From a virus (taxonomy: Duplodnaviria; Heunggongvirae; Uroviricota; Caudoviricetes), in the IMG/VR virus record IMGVR_UViG_3300031787_000054: 64,000 nucleotides of DNA. One strand, 5' to 3'. This document shows, one piece after another, positions 38,863 to 47,899 of the stretch; position 1 is the stretch's first letter, and each line of letters begins with the position of its first letter. The notes below the pieces were generated by a model. The model saw only the letters and a program-made list of their open reading frames with translations. It was not told the DNA's origin and searched no databases. A program made the position numbers and the translations under genes.

Positions 38863-39059
38863 ACTACCTCACCCACTTTATTTAACATTATATCTTTGAA
38901 ATCACCAAATGATCTATCTGATTTAATATCTGTACCAATATAATAATAAGATATATAGCTTCCCACTATGGATTCAATTAATACTAAAGCTAATTGAAAC
39001 TTATCTCTTAGAGCATCTGTTTCGCTCATTTGTACAATATCTCCAACTTTAATATTCAT
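38859..39059 (-). CDS. small beta-rich protein (KVGDI family)
   Basis: 66 aa. MNIKVGDIVQM N-terminus. Confidence 0.35.
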   Translation of the reverse strand: MNIKVGDIVQMSETDALRDKFQLALVLIESIVGSYISYYYIGTDIKSDRSFGDFKDIMLNKVGEVV

Positions 39060-39438
39060 TTAATACCTTCCTATAATATAAATCATTTAATGGGTTATCT
39101 ATTCTTGAACCACCTACAACACCACGATTATAACAAACAACGAATGTTTTATTTTGTTTGTGTTTACATCTTTTACTAAAATAACTAAGTAATTGTATAC
39201 CTCTGTGTACATTAGTACATGGGTCTAGTAGTTGTTCGTGTGTCTCGATAACAAATTCGGGGCGTATTTGCATCAGACCAACTTCGCCTATACTACCTAT
39301 TACCTGTGAATTAAAACGTGACTCAACGCTAATTAAAGCGTACACAAGACGTTCATTAACATTATACTTTTCTGAATACATTTGAATACAAGAAGAAAGA
39401 AACCAAGAATTAATCAGACTCACCAAAGACTGCATCAT
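39049..39438 (-). CDS. lytic transglycosylase (SLT domain)
   Basis: SLT signature LISVESRFNSQVIGSIGEVGLMQI with catalytic Glu, downstream Y-rich region. Confidence 0.7.
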   Translation of the reverse strand: MMQSLVSLINSWFLSSCIQMYSEKYNVNERLVYALISVESRFNSQVIGSIGEVGLMQIRPEFVIETHEQLLDPCTNVHRGIQLLSYFSKRCKHKQNKTFVVCYNRGVVGGSRIDNPLNDLYYRKVLNEY

Positions 39439-39595
39439 ATACCTCCTGTAATGTATCGTAATCTATCTGACCTCCACCGATATTTATTATCAGTTCATCA
39501 GGTAATACTACCATTACATTTGATCTATCTAACTCAGCAATTAATGAATTCGAGTTAAATACTGTGTGCTTATCTTTAAGGAATTGAATGACCAT
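39410..39595 (-). CDS. hypothetical protein
   Basis: 61-aa ORF. Confidence 0.3.
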   Translation of the reverse strand: MVIQFLKDKHTVFNSNSLIAELDRSNVMVVLPDELIINIGGGQIDYDTLQEVYDAVFGESD

Positions 39596-39900
39596 AAGAC
39601 CTCACACACAGTTGTTAAGTTAATAATTTCAAGCTCTTAGAAGCTTGCTTAGAATTAGAGCTACGAATACAAAAACCAACAAACCATTTGACAGTAAACT
39701 TAATACAGCTATACCAGACAAACGTAATAATAGTTTAGTAATGTCGCTCATTAAAATGAATGTTGCTAGAATCCCTAGCAGGAATAAAATACTAGTCGAT
39801 TTGTACCTCCCTATTGTAAAAGATTTTACTTAGCGTATTAGCTAGCTTTAAAAATAGAAACAAAACTACACCTATAACTAATACCTTTTGCATATACCTC

Positions 39901-40317
39901 CTATTGTACTGTGTCTTTTTTACCAAATGGAATAACATTACTAATGTCGTCGAATGTTCCGTTATCACCTTCTGTTAAGATTGATTCGTTCAGTAGTGCT
40001 TCTTCAATCTGTTCAATTTGTTCTGGAGTATCAGCAACCATTAACTGTAATGCTGTTGACTCGATCACTTTGTATTCTTCTGGAGTTAACTGTGACTTCA
40101 TTTGATTTAAGTAATCGGTTTGAACATCAAGTAAACACTGTAGTAATACAATGAACGGACCTTGTTCTTCAATTAGTTGAGGCGTTGTCAGTGACACTTC
40201 ATTTGCTTTATGTTTAATCATACTAAGCAATGAATTTAAAACGATCTGGTATTGATTCATAATCCTCCTTTGTTGGATTAAGCTATTAAGTCTACTTCTA
40301 ATGGGTGAACCCACCAA
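39901..40317 (-). CDS. hypothetical acidic helical protein
   Basis: 138 aa. Real start possibly the internal MNQYQ. Confidence 0.35.
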   Translation of the reverse strand: MVGSPIRSRLNSLIQQRRIMNQYQIVLNSLLSMIKHKANEVSLTTPQLIEEQGPFIVLLQCLLDVQTDYLNQMKSQLTPEEYKVIESTALQLMVADTPEQIEQIEEALLNESILTEGDNGTFDDISNVIPFGKKDTVQ

Positions 40318-40532
40318 TATTCAGTAGTTTGTGTTACTCTCTTAACTCTTAATGTATGTGTATCAGGATTTGCAATAACTATTAACACATCACCTAACTT
40401 AAATCTGTTATAAATACTAAGTACTGATCTTTCATTATTAAACTCTACTGTATCAAATGTATTATCTAGGTCATCATAATCCTTAACACACCTTTTCACT
40501 TGAACTATACTACCTTTTTTAAATGTTCTCAT
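40278..40532 (-). CDS. small beta-rich protein (KKGSIV family)
   Basis: 84-aa ORF. Confidence 0.35.
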   Translation of the reverse strand: MRTFKKGSIVQVKRCVKDYDDLDNTFDTVEFNNERSVLSIYNRFKLGDVLIVIANPDTHTLRVKRVTQTTEYWWVHPLEVDLIA

Positions 40533-41089
40533 ATTGTTACACCCTTCATAATTTTTTGTACATTTCTCAACACCTTCTTATCGAAGTCACTACACAAATA
40601 CTCACATACATCAGTTAAATCTTGAATGATGTTATCCTCTAAGTATAATGTTGTATCTAGTATTGGGATATCCTTCAAGCTTCTTATGTCACGTTTAAGA
40701 AGAAAGAATAAGTCTGACCTCTTAGATTGATCTAAAACATTCCACAACAATACTAGACAACCAGCGTGTGCTAGTATCTCTTCGTGTAATATATCTACTC
40801 TATCTTGTACTTTATGTTTGATATTATAAAGAGATGGTCTATCTAATCTATCCTTGTGACCAGTTGAATGTATTAACTCGTGCATCAGTGTCACATAACC
40901 CCAATTCTTATTAGAAGAAAGCTTCTCGTTTATTACTATAATATCAAGTGGAATCATATACTTACCAAATGAATCTATCTTATCACTGTTAAATATCTTA
41001 GGGAAAACAAAGTCATCATAGTTTAATGAACCACCTATTAGTTTATCCAATGCGTGTAGTTGAATGTTCATTTGTTCTCCTTTGTTCAT
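40529..41089 (-). CDS. HExxH zinc-metallopeptidase-like protein
   Basis: LMHELIHSTGH motif. 186 aa. Overlaps the ATP-grasp gene by 47 nt (translational coupling). Confidence 0.5.
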   Translation of the reverse strand: MNKGEQMNIQLHALDKLIGGSLNYDDFVFPKIFNSDKIDSFGKYMIPLDIIVINEKLSSNKNWGYVTLMHELIHSTGHKDRLDRPSLYNIKHKVQDRVDILHEEILAHAGCLVLLWNVLDQSKRSDLFFLLKRDIRSLKDIPILDTTLYLEDNIIQDLTDVCEYLCSDFDKKVLRNVQKIMKGVTI

Positions 41090-41843
41090 TGATGTATTGT
41101 ATGATATTGTTAACCCATATATCTAAGTTAAGTGAGTTAAGTCCTGGACTAGAATTAACTTCAATAACATAGAACCGTTTCTTATCCCTATCAAATATAA
41201 TATCAACTCCACCGAATAATAAACCCAAACCTTGTACAGCTTTAATACACATTTGTTGTGCATTTAAATTACATGTTGATATCTCTGGATTACATTTTCT
41301 GAATTGACAGTTATGTGATTTATATATCTTAACACTAGAATCATTAGGTATCTTCTCATACACACCTAGAATCTTACCATTGAATACATGTACTCTATAC
41401 TCTTTCTTATTAACAATAGGTCTTGTAATATATAAATCAGTATCTCTTATTGTGTTGTCATATCTAACAACCATATCTCTACCACGTACATAGAAATATC
41501 CGTTAGTATCTTTGTATCTGTTAATATCAAATGTTGATCTATCACCTTCAATTAAATCAAAGTATTTAGGTGTTCTAACTCCTTCGATCTGTTTTAGATT
41601 CTTAATCATATCGTGTTTGTTAGATGCTTTACGCACAGCTTGTTTATCATTAAGTGTTAATGTCTGGTTGCTGTCATTGGTTCTACTCTCGCCCCATCTA
41701 ACGAATACATTGCTATGTTTAGGAGTCATGTATTCTCTAACCCTGCGTACTTTCCTAAAGGCTCTTGAATTTTTTAATTTAAGATACAATAACTTACCTG
41801 TCTTACATGATTTATTTGAGTAAGAAAAGTTTAATGTTGTCAT
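41043..41843 (-). CDS. ATP-grasp family ligase (RimK/GshB-like)
   Basis: C-terminal ATP-grasp signature EYRVHVFNGKILGV ... GLLFGGVDIIFDRDKKRFYVIEVNSSPGL. Confidence 0.6.
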   Translation of the reverse strand: MTTLNFSYSNKSCKTGKLLYLKLKNSRAFRKVRRVREYMTPKHSNVFVRWGESRTNDSNQTLTLNDKQAVRKASNKHDMIKNLKQIEGVRTPKYFDLIEGDRSTFDINRYKDTNGYFYVRGRDMVVRYDNTIRDTDLYITRPIVNKKEYRVHVFNGKILGVYEKIPNDSSVKIYKSHNCQFRKCNPEISTCNLNAQQMCIKAVQGLGLLFGGVDIIFDRDKKRFYVIEVNSSPGLNSLNLDIWVNNIIQYINEQRRTNEHSTTRIG

Positions 41844-42073
41844 ACAGCATCTCCTAATTTTATAAATAGTTCTTGAGAGTATATTGATATACTGCCACGT
41901 AATAATCTATTTTCGTATCCTTTTATTGGACAAAGTTTAAATATTCTTATATTGGTTGGTAATATATTATACACTAAAAAAATCCTCCCTTGAAGAAGTG
42001 AACCAAAACTTGTTGGTGAAACCTTAATATATAAACAACCTTTCACTAATTCATTTACCTTAAGTACTTTCAT
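41840..42073 (-). CDS. 77-aa small protein, paralog family member A
   Basis: Tandem 77-aa ORF related to the next two (MKVLKVNELVKGCLYIKV / ...LFIKLGDAV). Confidence 0.45.
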   Translation of the reverse strand: MKVLKVNELVKGCLYIKVSPTSFGSLLQGRIFLVYNILPTNIRIFKLCPIKGYENRLLRGSISIYSQELFIKLGDAV

Positions 42074-42303
42074 TCTACACTCCCTATTTCAATGAACTCA
42101 GGAAGTTTATCACCTGGTATATAGTGTGTTCTAGTAAATCCTCTGATTATATAAGGTCTTAACACAATTATTTTCTTTTGTTCAGGGTTAGATGTAATCT
42201 CTGTAACTATAAATATTTCACCTGACATAAGATAACCATTACCATTTACCTTCATATATACTTTGTTTACTAGTAGTTCTGGATATTTAATTACTTTCTT
42301 CAT
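42070..42303 (-). CDS. 77-aa small protein, paralog B (C-terminal EFIEIGSVE)
   Basis: Shares its N-terminus with paralog A and its C-terminal nine residues with paralog C. Confidence 0.45.
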   Translation of the reverse strand: MKKVIKYPELLVNKVYMKVNGNGYLMSGEIFIVTEITSNPEQKKIIVLRPYIIRGFTRTHYIPGDKLPEFIEIGSVE

Positions 42304-42533
42304 TCTACACTCCCTATTTCAATGAACTCTGCTCTAGTATCAGCTGGAACATAATAACAATCCTCTATTTTATTACCAACATAACTTCTTGTTTTTTTGC
42401 GATAAGGAGTGATTTCTCTAATGTAAAAATAATTAGTTAGACAAAGGTAATGATCACTATTTAATTTCATATACAGTTTACCCATACACAAATCTTCGTA
42501 TTTAAGAATCTTCATTACTACCTCCACACTCAC
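42300..42533 (-). CDS. 77-aa small protein, paralog C (C-terminal EFIEIGSVE)
   Basis: C-terminus identical to paralog B. Tandem arrangement with ATGA overlaps. Confidence 0.45.
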   Translation of the reverse strand: MSVEVVMKILKYEDLCMGKLYMKLNSDHYLCLTNYFYIREITPYRKKTRSYVGNKIEDCYYVPADTRAEFIEIGSVE

Positions 42534-42735
42534 ATACTAGTTTTAATAATTGTCTTTCTTTGAAGTTTGAGTATGATCTTTGAAAGGTTTCACCTTCTCC
42601 TCCTAAGTATATATATTCAACTTTGTCACTCCAAGGATTAGAGTATGTTACATAAATTAATCTGTAAGTATTACTTCGACTGAAGTAAGGATTAGTACCT
42701 TCCGTGGTAAGATAAATACTATTTGATTTAATCAT
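42502..42735 (-). CDS. 77-aa small protein (unrelated sequence, same length)
   Basis: Fourth consecutive 77-aa ORF. Y/S-rich, C-terminal CECGGSNEDS. Confidence 0.4.
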   Translation of the reverse strand: MIKSNSIYLTTEGTNPYFSRSNTYRLIYVTYSNPWSDKVEYIYLGGEGETFQRSYSNFKERQLLKLVCECGGSNEDS

Positions 42736-42736
42736 A

Positions 42737-43018
42737 CTAAGCCCTTTGTTTAAACTTCAATCTCTTCTTTGTCTTTCTAATCCTATCTTTAATAATCTCT
42801 AATACATTACCTATAGATTCATATTCTGCTGGATTATAGAAGTCCCATTGTTCATCAGGTATTACACCTGTTTCTTGGAACTCATACATTGTATCACTGA
42901 GTGAATACATGTCTTCAATAGCTGAGTCTAAAGCCTCCAACAAATCATCATCTGTTAGATGTTCTACGTCCCTTGCTTTCAAGGGAGTATCTTCTGTTTG
43001 ATGTTCTTGTTTTATCAT
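42737..43018 (-). CDS. strongly acidic small protein
   Basis: 93 aa. D/E-rich over the first 75 residues, basic tail. Confidence 0.4.
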   Translation of the reverse strand: MIKQEHQTEDTPLKARDVEHLTDDDLLEALDSAIEDMYSLSDTMYEFQETGVIPDEQWDFYNPAEYESIGNVLEIIKDRIRKTKKRLKFKQRA

Positions 43019-43033
43019 ACAATCCTCCTTTAA

Positions 43034-44107
43034 TTAAGCATAAGAAACACTGTCGTCATTGTTATAAGCATCATACAATAGCTTAAGTTTAGTATCGTAA
43101 TCCATACTGTTTAATACATCTTGTTCATCTTTAGATAAGGTTAAACAATATTGCAACAAAACAGATGACATAGCACTCACTACTGTCATGTCGATCTCAC
43201 TAGCTTTAGATGTCGAAGACGTTGACGATTCCTCTCTTCCGTTCGAGTAAAGCCAGTTCGAACACGAGCTTGATTGTTGACTGGCAAACCTTCTTGAAGA
43301 AGAATATGATTGACGATGAACAAATGTTCTATTAATATCTGTAACACTAATAGGTTCACCTGTGATAGCATCAACTCTCAATAGTTTATTATCGAATAAA
43401 GGGAAGCATAATGGCTTCTTCCATTTCAATTTCTCACAAGTATTCTTAATGATATCATCACTTGTACAAATAATAAAGCCACCGATCTCTTCAACTTGAG
43501 CAATAAAAAGTGGAGCATTGTATTTAAACACATCAAGAATTCTTCTACCATCTGATTGTTTACTAAGAGTAGCAACACCCCAATAACCCTCTAGAGCATC
43601 AGTTGTTTCCTGAATCTTACTTGAGTTATTAGCAACATCATTCTTTAGGTACTCATTCAAGATTGTTTCAGAATCACACGTTGAAATAATATTAGTTAAC
43701 TTATGTGAGTTATTGATAACTCCATTATGAATCAATGCTGTGTCATCAATAATAAAAGGGTGAACATTCTGAAATGTTCTAGCACAAGTAGCCCATCTTG
43801 TATGGAATATAATTGATTTAACATTCTCGAAATTAATATTTCCTGTAGATGAATACTCTGTTTCATCAAGAGCTGTAGGAACTTTATCTTTAATGACACC
43901 CTGATACTTAGCTAACTCAGTCAGTGGTTTTAAGAAAGCTTTAGACACATCAAGAAATCTTTCAGAAAACATATTCCCGTCACCATCAATAGCCGCATAA
44001 CCTAATCCGTGATTATCAGATTTAGTCATGTCAGCTTTAGATGCGAACATAAATTGTTTTGCTTTCAAACCATTTTGAATACCAAACATCACCATTACTT
44101 TACACAT
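43034..44107 (-). CDS. class-II (Ntn) glutamine amidotransferase domain protein
   Basis: Cys at position 2 (MCKV...) as the Ntn nucleophile. HTRWATCARTFQNVHPF...ALIHNGVINN resembles GATase-2 / AsnB N-terminal motifs. Confidence 0.6.
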   Translation of the reverse strand: MCKVMVMFGIQNGLKAKQFMFASKADMTKSDNHGLGYAAIDGDGNMFSERFLDVSKAFLKPLTELAKYQGVIKDKVPTALDETEYSSTGNINFENVKSIIFHTRWATCARTFQNVHPFIIDDTALIHNGVINNSHKLTNIISTCDSETILNEYLKNDVANNSSKIQETTDALEGYWGVATLSKQSDGRRILDVFKYNAPLFIAQVEEIGGFIICTSDDIIKNTCEKLKWKKPLCFPLFDNKLLRVDAITGEPISVTDINRTFVHRQSYSSSRRFASQQSSSCSNWLYSNGREESSTSSTSKASEIDMTVVSAMSSVLLQYCLTLSKDEQDVLNSMDYDTKLKLLYDAYNNDDSVSYA

Positions 44108-44116
44108 ACTTACTCC

Positions 44117-45607
44117 TTATGCAAATTTTAAAATACGGTTATTAATATAATCTAAAGATTGACTTGGGATACCTTCGATATAATTAGGAATCGTTTCAAC
44201 TTTTCTAGGAGAAGATTCTAATTTAGAAGTAGCATTAACAATAGGTAAAATAAAGTTAATCCAATTTAACATATCATCAGTATCTACTGTGCCCTCATGA
44301 ACTCTAATCTCTAATGTTTTATGTCGAGCATAAGACATAGGATTGATAACTAAGTATCTGTCAGATCGTCTACCTCCTGATGTCATGTTTGCTTTGTATT
44401 GATAGTCTTCAATGTTCGGTGACTCAGTTGGTCTACAATAAGTGTTTGATCTTCTTTGTTCTGGTTGTGACTCAACTAAAAACTTTTGAAGCTTAACTAG
44501 ATTATGAAATGCAATTGCTACATCTCTCTTTCTCATATCAAAATGAACATGCAATCCACAACTATTATTTACTGAACACTGTGCTTCTTGTAATGCAACA
44601 CCTAATCTATTTAGGATTTCGATACGATTGTTTTCTGGAACTAATACTCTGATTTCGTGAGTGAAAGGGTATCCATCTGAAGTTCTAAGTGAACCATCTG
44701 ATGTAACATTAGTCCATTTCTGTAACTTGTTTTTAATTAACACCTCTTTTAATTTACCAACGTCAGACTTAGAAATTAATTCAATCTCAATACCAATGAA
44801 TGAATCGTTGTTGTATGGTTTCTTTTCATCATTGATTAGATTCTTTTGAATGTGTTCATACATTTTTAAATACTGTCCATTAGTTTGAGCAACACCATTG
44901 TACAATTCAATAGCACCAAACCTAGTTTCTTTCTTTGTCGGACTAGACTTAACTGCTAATCTTTGTTCACGAAGTTTTTTATTAAGAGCTTGATGTGCTT
45001 TTAATTTAATAGCCTTCAAATCTTTCTTAACGATAGTCACACCATTCTGAACTACTTCAACAGTAGGCATTGGAATTTCTACTTCCAATAGTTTCTTCCC
45101 TACTGTACGTGATGCTCTAACTTTAAGTTCTTGATTCATTAACTTACTTAGCTTCTCACGATTCTCTTTAATCTTTTTAGATAAAGTATTTTCTTTATCA
45201 GTTTTACCTTTAACACCTAGTCGTTGTTGTTCCTTATCAAGAGCTTCTAACTTCTTAGTTTCTTTTAGTAAAGTGAAGAACATTGTGTTCTTATTTTCTT
45301 TAACACTAAATACTTTAATCTTTAAGTCTTTAGGAAATATAACTTTCTTGTATCTTTCAAATACTAAGTTATCTTTCAACACAATGAACTCTGTTCCTTC
45401 TTTAATTAATATCTTTTTACTATCTAACGTAAATGAAATATCTTCGTTCAATATACAACGAACATATTTATTGTTCTTATCAAACTCACCAATGTATTCA
45501 ATCTCTTTTCCAACAAAATAAGGTCCGAGTTTATTCTCTTTGTCCTTATTAATTTTGTAGATAGCACCTAACTCAAATACTTTTGTTTCCATATTACTTA
45601 CCTCCAA
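44117..45607 (-). CDS. glutamine-synthetase-like amidoligase (carboxylate-amine ligase fold) with N-terminal Lys-rich domain
   Basis: C-terminal half carries FIGIEIELIS, CGLHVHFD and LEIRVHEG. These resemble the GxExE / HxH / ExR signatures of the GCS2/YbdK/PafA-type amidoligases. Confidence 0.5.
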   Translation of the reverse strand: MEVSNMETKVFELGAIYKINKDKENKLGPYFVGKEIEYIGEFDKNNKYVRCILNEDISFTLDSKKILIKEGTEFIVLKDNLVFERYKKVIFPKDLKIKVFSVKENKNTMFFTLLKETKKLEALDKEQQRLGVKGKTDKENTLSKKIKENREKLSKLMNQELKVRASRTVGKKLLEVEIPMPTVEVVQNGVTIVKKDLKAIKLKAHQALNKKLREQRLAVKSSPTKKETRFGAIELYNGVAQTNGQYLKMYEHIQKNLINDEKKPYNNDSFIGIEIELISKSDVGKLKEVLIKNKLQKWTNVTSDGSLRTSDGYPFTHEIRVLVPENNRIEILNRLGVALQEAQCSVNNSCGLHVHFDMRKRDVAIAFHNLVKLQKFLVESQPEQRRSNTYCRPTESPNIEDYQYKANMTSGGRRSDRYLVINPMSYARHKTLEIRVHEGTVDTDDMLNWINFILPIVNATSKLESSPRKVETIPNYIEGIPSQSLDYINNRILKFA

Positions 45608-45797
45608 TATTTAATGAAACATCTTCATGTTCCATTAGTTTAGTTTTAATATCTTCGTTCTTTGATTCATAAACTCTGTGTAATCTTGACTGCCAATCAA
45701 TTGCTTCTTCTAATGTTAATCGCTTCGGACATCTATCATAAACTTTCCACCCTTTATTGTTTAGATTGTAACTAATATAGTACTTAGTGTTATCCAT
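45594..45797 (-). CDS. hypothetical protein
   Basis: 67-aa ORF. Confidence 0.35.
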   Translation of the reverse strand: MDNTKYYISYNLNNKGWKVYDRCPKRLTLEEAIDWQSRLHRVYESKNEDIKTKLMEHEDVSLNIGGK

Positions 45798-45805
45798 GTT
45801 GCCTC

Positions 45806-45991
45806 CTAATATTTAATAACTTCTACTATTTCATCATCTATACAATATAAATTAGTATCAAAGTTAATAATATCTACCTTGGTACTATTACCGTTAGGTG
45901 ATATCCATTTAATAATAGCTAGTCTAGTGATGTGAATACCTCTGAAATATCCTTTTACTTTAATAACTGAACCTTCTTTATATAGTTTCAT
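45806..45991 (-). CDS. small beta-rich protein (KEGSVIKV family)
   Basis: 61-aa ORF. Confidence 0.35.
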   Translation of the reverse strand: MKLYKEGSVIKVKGYFRGIHITRLAIIKWISPNGNSTKVDIINFDTNLYCIDDEIVEVIKY

Positions 45992-46182
45992 GATACCTCC
46001 TCTACGTCTTCATATGTCAACCATATTTCTTGCTTACCAATAACAAGAACCTTAACCCAAGAAACTTCACGTCCAGTAAACGTAACGTGTTTTACAACAC
46101 CTAAACGATTAATAAAATCTTTAGGGTTTAGTTTAGTGTAAGTTTCTGGAATCTTAAGAATCTTCACTACTTTGTTTTTCAT
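45988..46182 (-). CDS. hypothetical protein
   Basis: 64-aa ORF. Confidence 0.35.
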   Translation of the reverse strand: MKNKVVKILKIPETYTKLNPKDFINRLGVVKHVTFTGREVSWVKVLVIGKQEIWLTYEDVEEVS

Positions 46183-46427
46183 TCTTTCCTCCTATATACG
46201 TTTATTTTGTTATGTAGATACCATTGATAATCTTGGTTTAAATAATCCATTAATTTTTGTTTATAACCATGACTACCTGTGTTTAAATTATAACTATTAT
46301 AATACGTGTTATTGTAACAACATTCAATCAATGTAGACTCAGGTCGTTTAGTAATTAAAAATCCTTTATTTTGTAATGCTAACATGTGACAATAATTATA
46401 ACATTGTATATCAGTTAATTCCCACAT
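46179..46427 (-). CDS. hypothetical protein
   Basis: 82-aa ORF. Confidence 0.35.
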   Translation of the reverse strand: MWELTDIQCYNYCHMLALQNKGFLITKRPESTLIECCYNNTYYNSYNLNTGSHGYKQKLMDYLNQDYQWYLHNKINVYRRKE

Positions 46428-46711
46428 ACAGCTTCTCCTATTTTTTTAAGCTTTATAATGAAAAATGAATGTTCAGTGAACGTGAACCACTGACGGATAC
46501 CTAACATCTCTACCTTGTAAAATCTATTTGATCCATATACATAACATTTTATTACAATAATTATATCGTAATCTTGATCTATTAAAACATCACCTTCGTA
46601 ATACTTAAAACCTTTAATCTTCGTAAAGTAAAACTTCTTCAAGAGAAACATCTTCCAAGCTAGATAAGTTAGCATATAGTTGACGTAACTTTTTAATCTT
46701 ATCACGTTCAT
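46415..46711 (-). CDS. hypothetical protein
   Basis: 98-aa ORF. Overlaps the next ORF in another frame, so its start is uncertain. Confidence 0.3.
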   Translation of the reverse strand: MNVIRLKSYVNYMLTYLAWKMFLLKKFYFTKIKGFKYYEGDVLIDQDYDIIIVIKCYVYGSNRFYKVEMLGIRQWFTFTEHSFFIIKLKKIGEAVCGN

Positions 46712-46838
46712 GTTTACCTCTGTTTGATAAAATAGACTGAGCTTGTTGATGTGTTAAGTTTGGTTTATACAAATTGTATTTAATTAATAATCGTTTTTGC
46801 TTTGTCGTTAAAAGTTTTTCACGCATTGTCACCTCCAA
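46614..46838 (-). CDS. hypothetical basic protein
   Basis: 74-aa ORF. Confidence 0.3.
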   Translation of the reverse strand: MEVTMREKLLTTKQKRLLIKYNLYKPNLTHQQAQSILSNRGKHERDKIKKLRQLYANLSSLEDVSLEEVLLYED

Positions 46839-46960
46839 AATAGAAACAAAACTAACATCTACTCACCAACGCATCACCTATATAGTACCCAAACATAAAT
46901 ACTTTATAGATAAAATAAACAGTTAGTAATCCTAATAATAAACTTAATCCTTTTAATATG

Positions 46961-47143
46961 TTAACCATCTATTACCTCCAATGGTATCATGAATAAAATA
47001 GTATCATACAATGAAACCTGTTCATAAGTTCTAATTTTAGATTCAGTGACTGATTGAAAGTAACCATATACACCATATTTGTCTCGTCTATTAAATTTAC
47101 AATACATACCATCATATCCCTTATGTATAACTAAGTAGTACAT
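46961..47143 (-). CDS. MYYL-family small protein, paralog 1
   Basis: MYYLVIHKGYDGMYCKF...ILFMIPLEVIDG. Confidence 0.45.
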   Translation of the reverse strand: MYYLVIHKGYDGMYCKFNRRDKYGVYGYFQSVTESKIRTYEQVSLYDTILFMIPLEVIDG

Positions 47144-47334
47144 GTTACCTCCATTGGTATCATGAATAAAATATTTTCTTTAAAACTGAATTGACATAAA
47201 TCTCCTAATGGTATATTATTCACTGTTGCTTTAACAGTGACAGGTCGGAAGTACCCACTTAAAGTATAATTATTTTCACCAATTACTTTACAGTACATAG
47301 CTTCACATGTATCATGTATAATTAAATAGTACAT
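47131..47334 (-). CDS. MYYL-family small protein, paralog 2
   Basis: MYYLIIHDTCEAMYCKV...ILFMIPMEVTCTT. Confidence 0.45.
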   Translation of the reverse strand: MYYLIIHDTCEAMYCKVIGENNYTLSGYFRPVTVKATVNNIPLGDLCQFSFKENILFMIPMEVTCTT

Positions 47335-47555
47335 ACAACCTTCATTGGTATGACATAACTAATAAATTGTTTTCGTATAAATGAAATACCTATTAGGTGT
47401 TCATTTAAATAACAACCGACACTATACATACCAGAATATTTATCATGTGTAACTACGAGGTCTTTACAAAAACTATAGCCTATACTATCATCATTAGAAC
47501 TTCGCCATATCACTATGTAATACATCTTTACTCTCCTCTGATAAAGGGAATTCAA
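47322..47555 (-). CDS. MYYL-family small protein, paralog 3
   Basis: MYYIVIWRSS...ISYVIPMKVVCTI. Confidence 0.45.
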   Translation of the reverse strand: MNSLYQRRVKMYYIVIWRSSNDDSIGYSFCKDLVVTHDKYSGMYSVGCYLNEHLIGISFIRKQFISYVIPMKVVCTI

Positions 47556-47688
47556 TCAAAGCTATATACCTAACACCTATCTCTTTTAACTTAATAGATG
47601 TGTCAGTGAACTCCTTTAAATATGAGTCGTTGTTCACAATGTATGGATATACTATCTTTGTTTTATCTGGACGTTGTTCTAAAATCAT
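47494..47688 (-). CDS. hypothetical protein
   Basis: 64-aa ORF. Confidence 0.3.
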   Translation of the reverse strand: MILEQRPDKTKIVYPYIVNNDSYLKEFTDTSIKLKEIGVRYIALIEFPLSEESKDVLHSDMAKF

Positions 47689-47899
47689 TTATCTCTCCTA
47701 TTATAGAATAGTATTCAATATTTTTTATTCTGTAATCAACCCAAGAGTAACATTTAGAACCATCTAATCCAAAAAAATAACCTCTAACAAACCAATCATT
47801 GATACATGAGTCCTCAAATGTTGTATTAAATGGAATAAATATATATGAAACAAACCAATGATCACTGTTCATAAAATAAACTGTTTTCATATTAACCAA
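47663..47899 (-). CDS. hypothetical protein
   Basis: 78-aa ORF. Confidence 0.3.
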   Translation of the reverse strand: MVNMKTVYFMNSDHWFVSYIFIPFNTTFEDSCINDWFVRGYFFGLDGSKCYSWVDYRIKNIEYYSIIGEINDFRTTSR

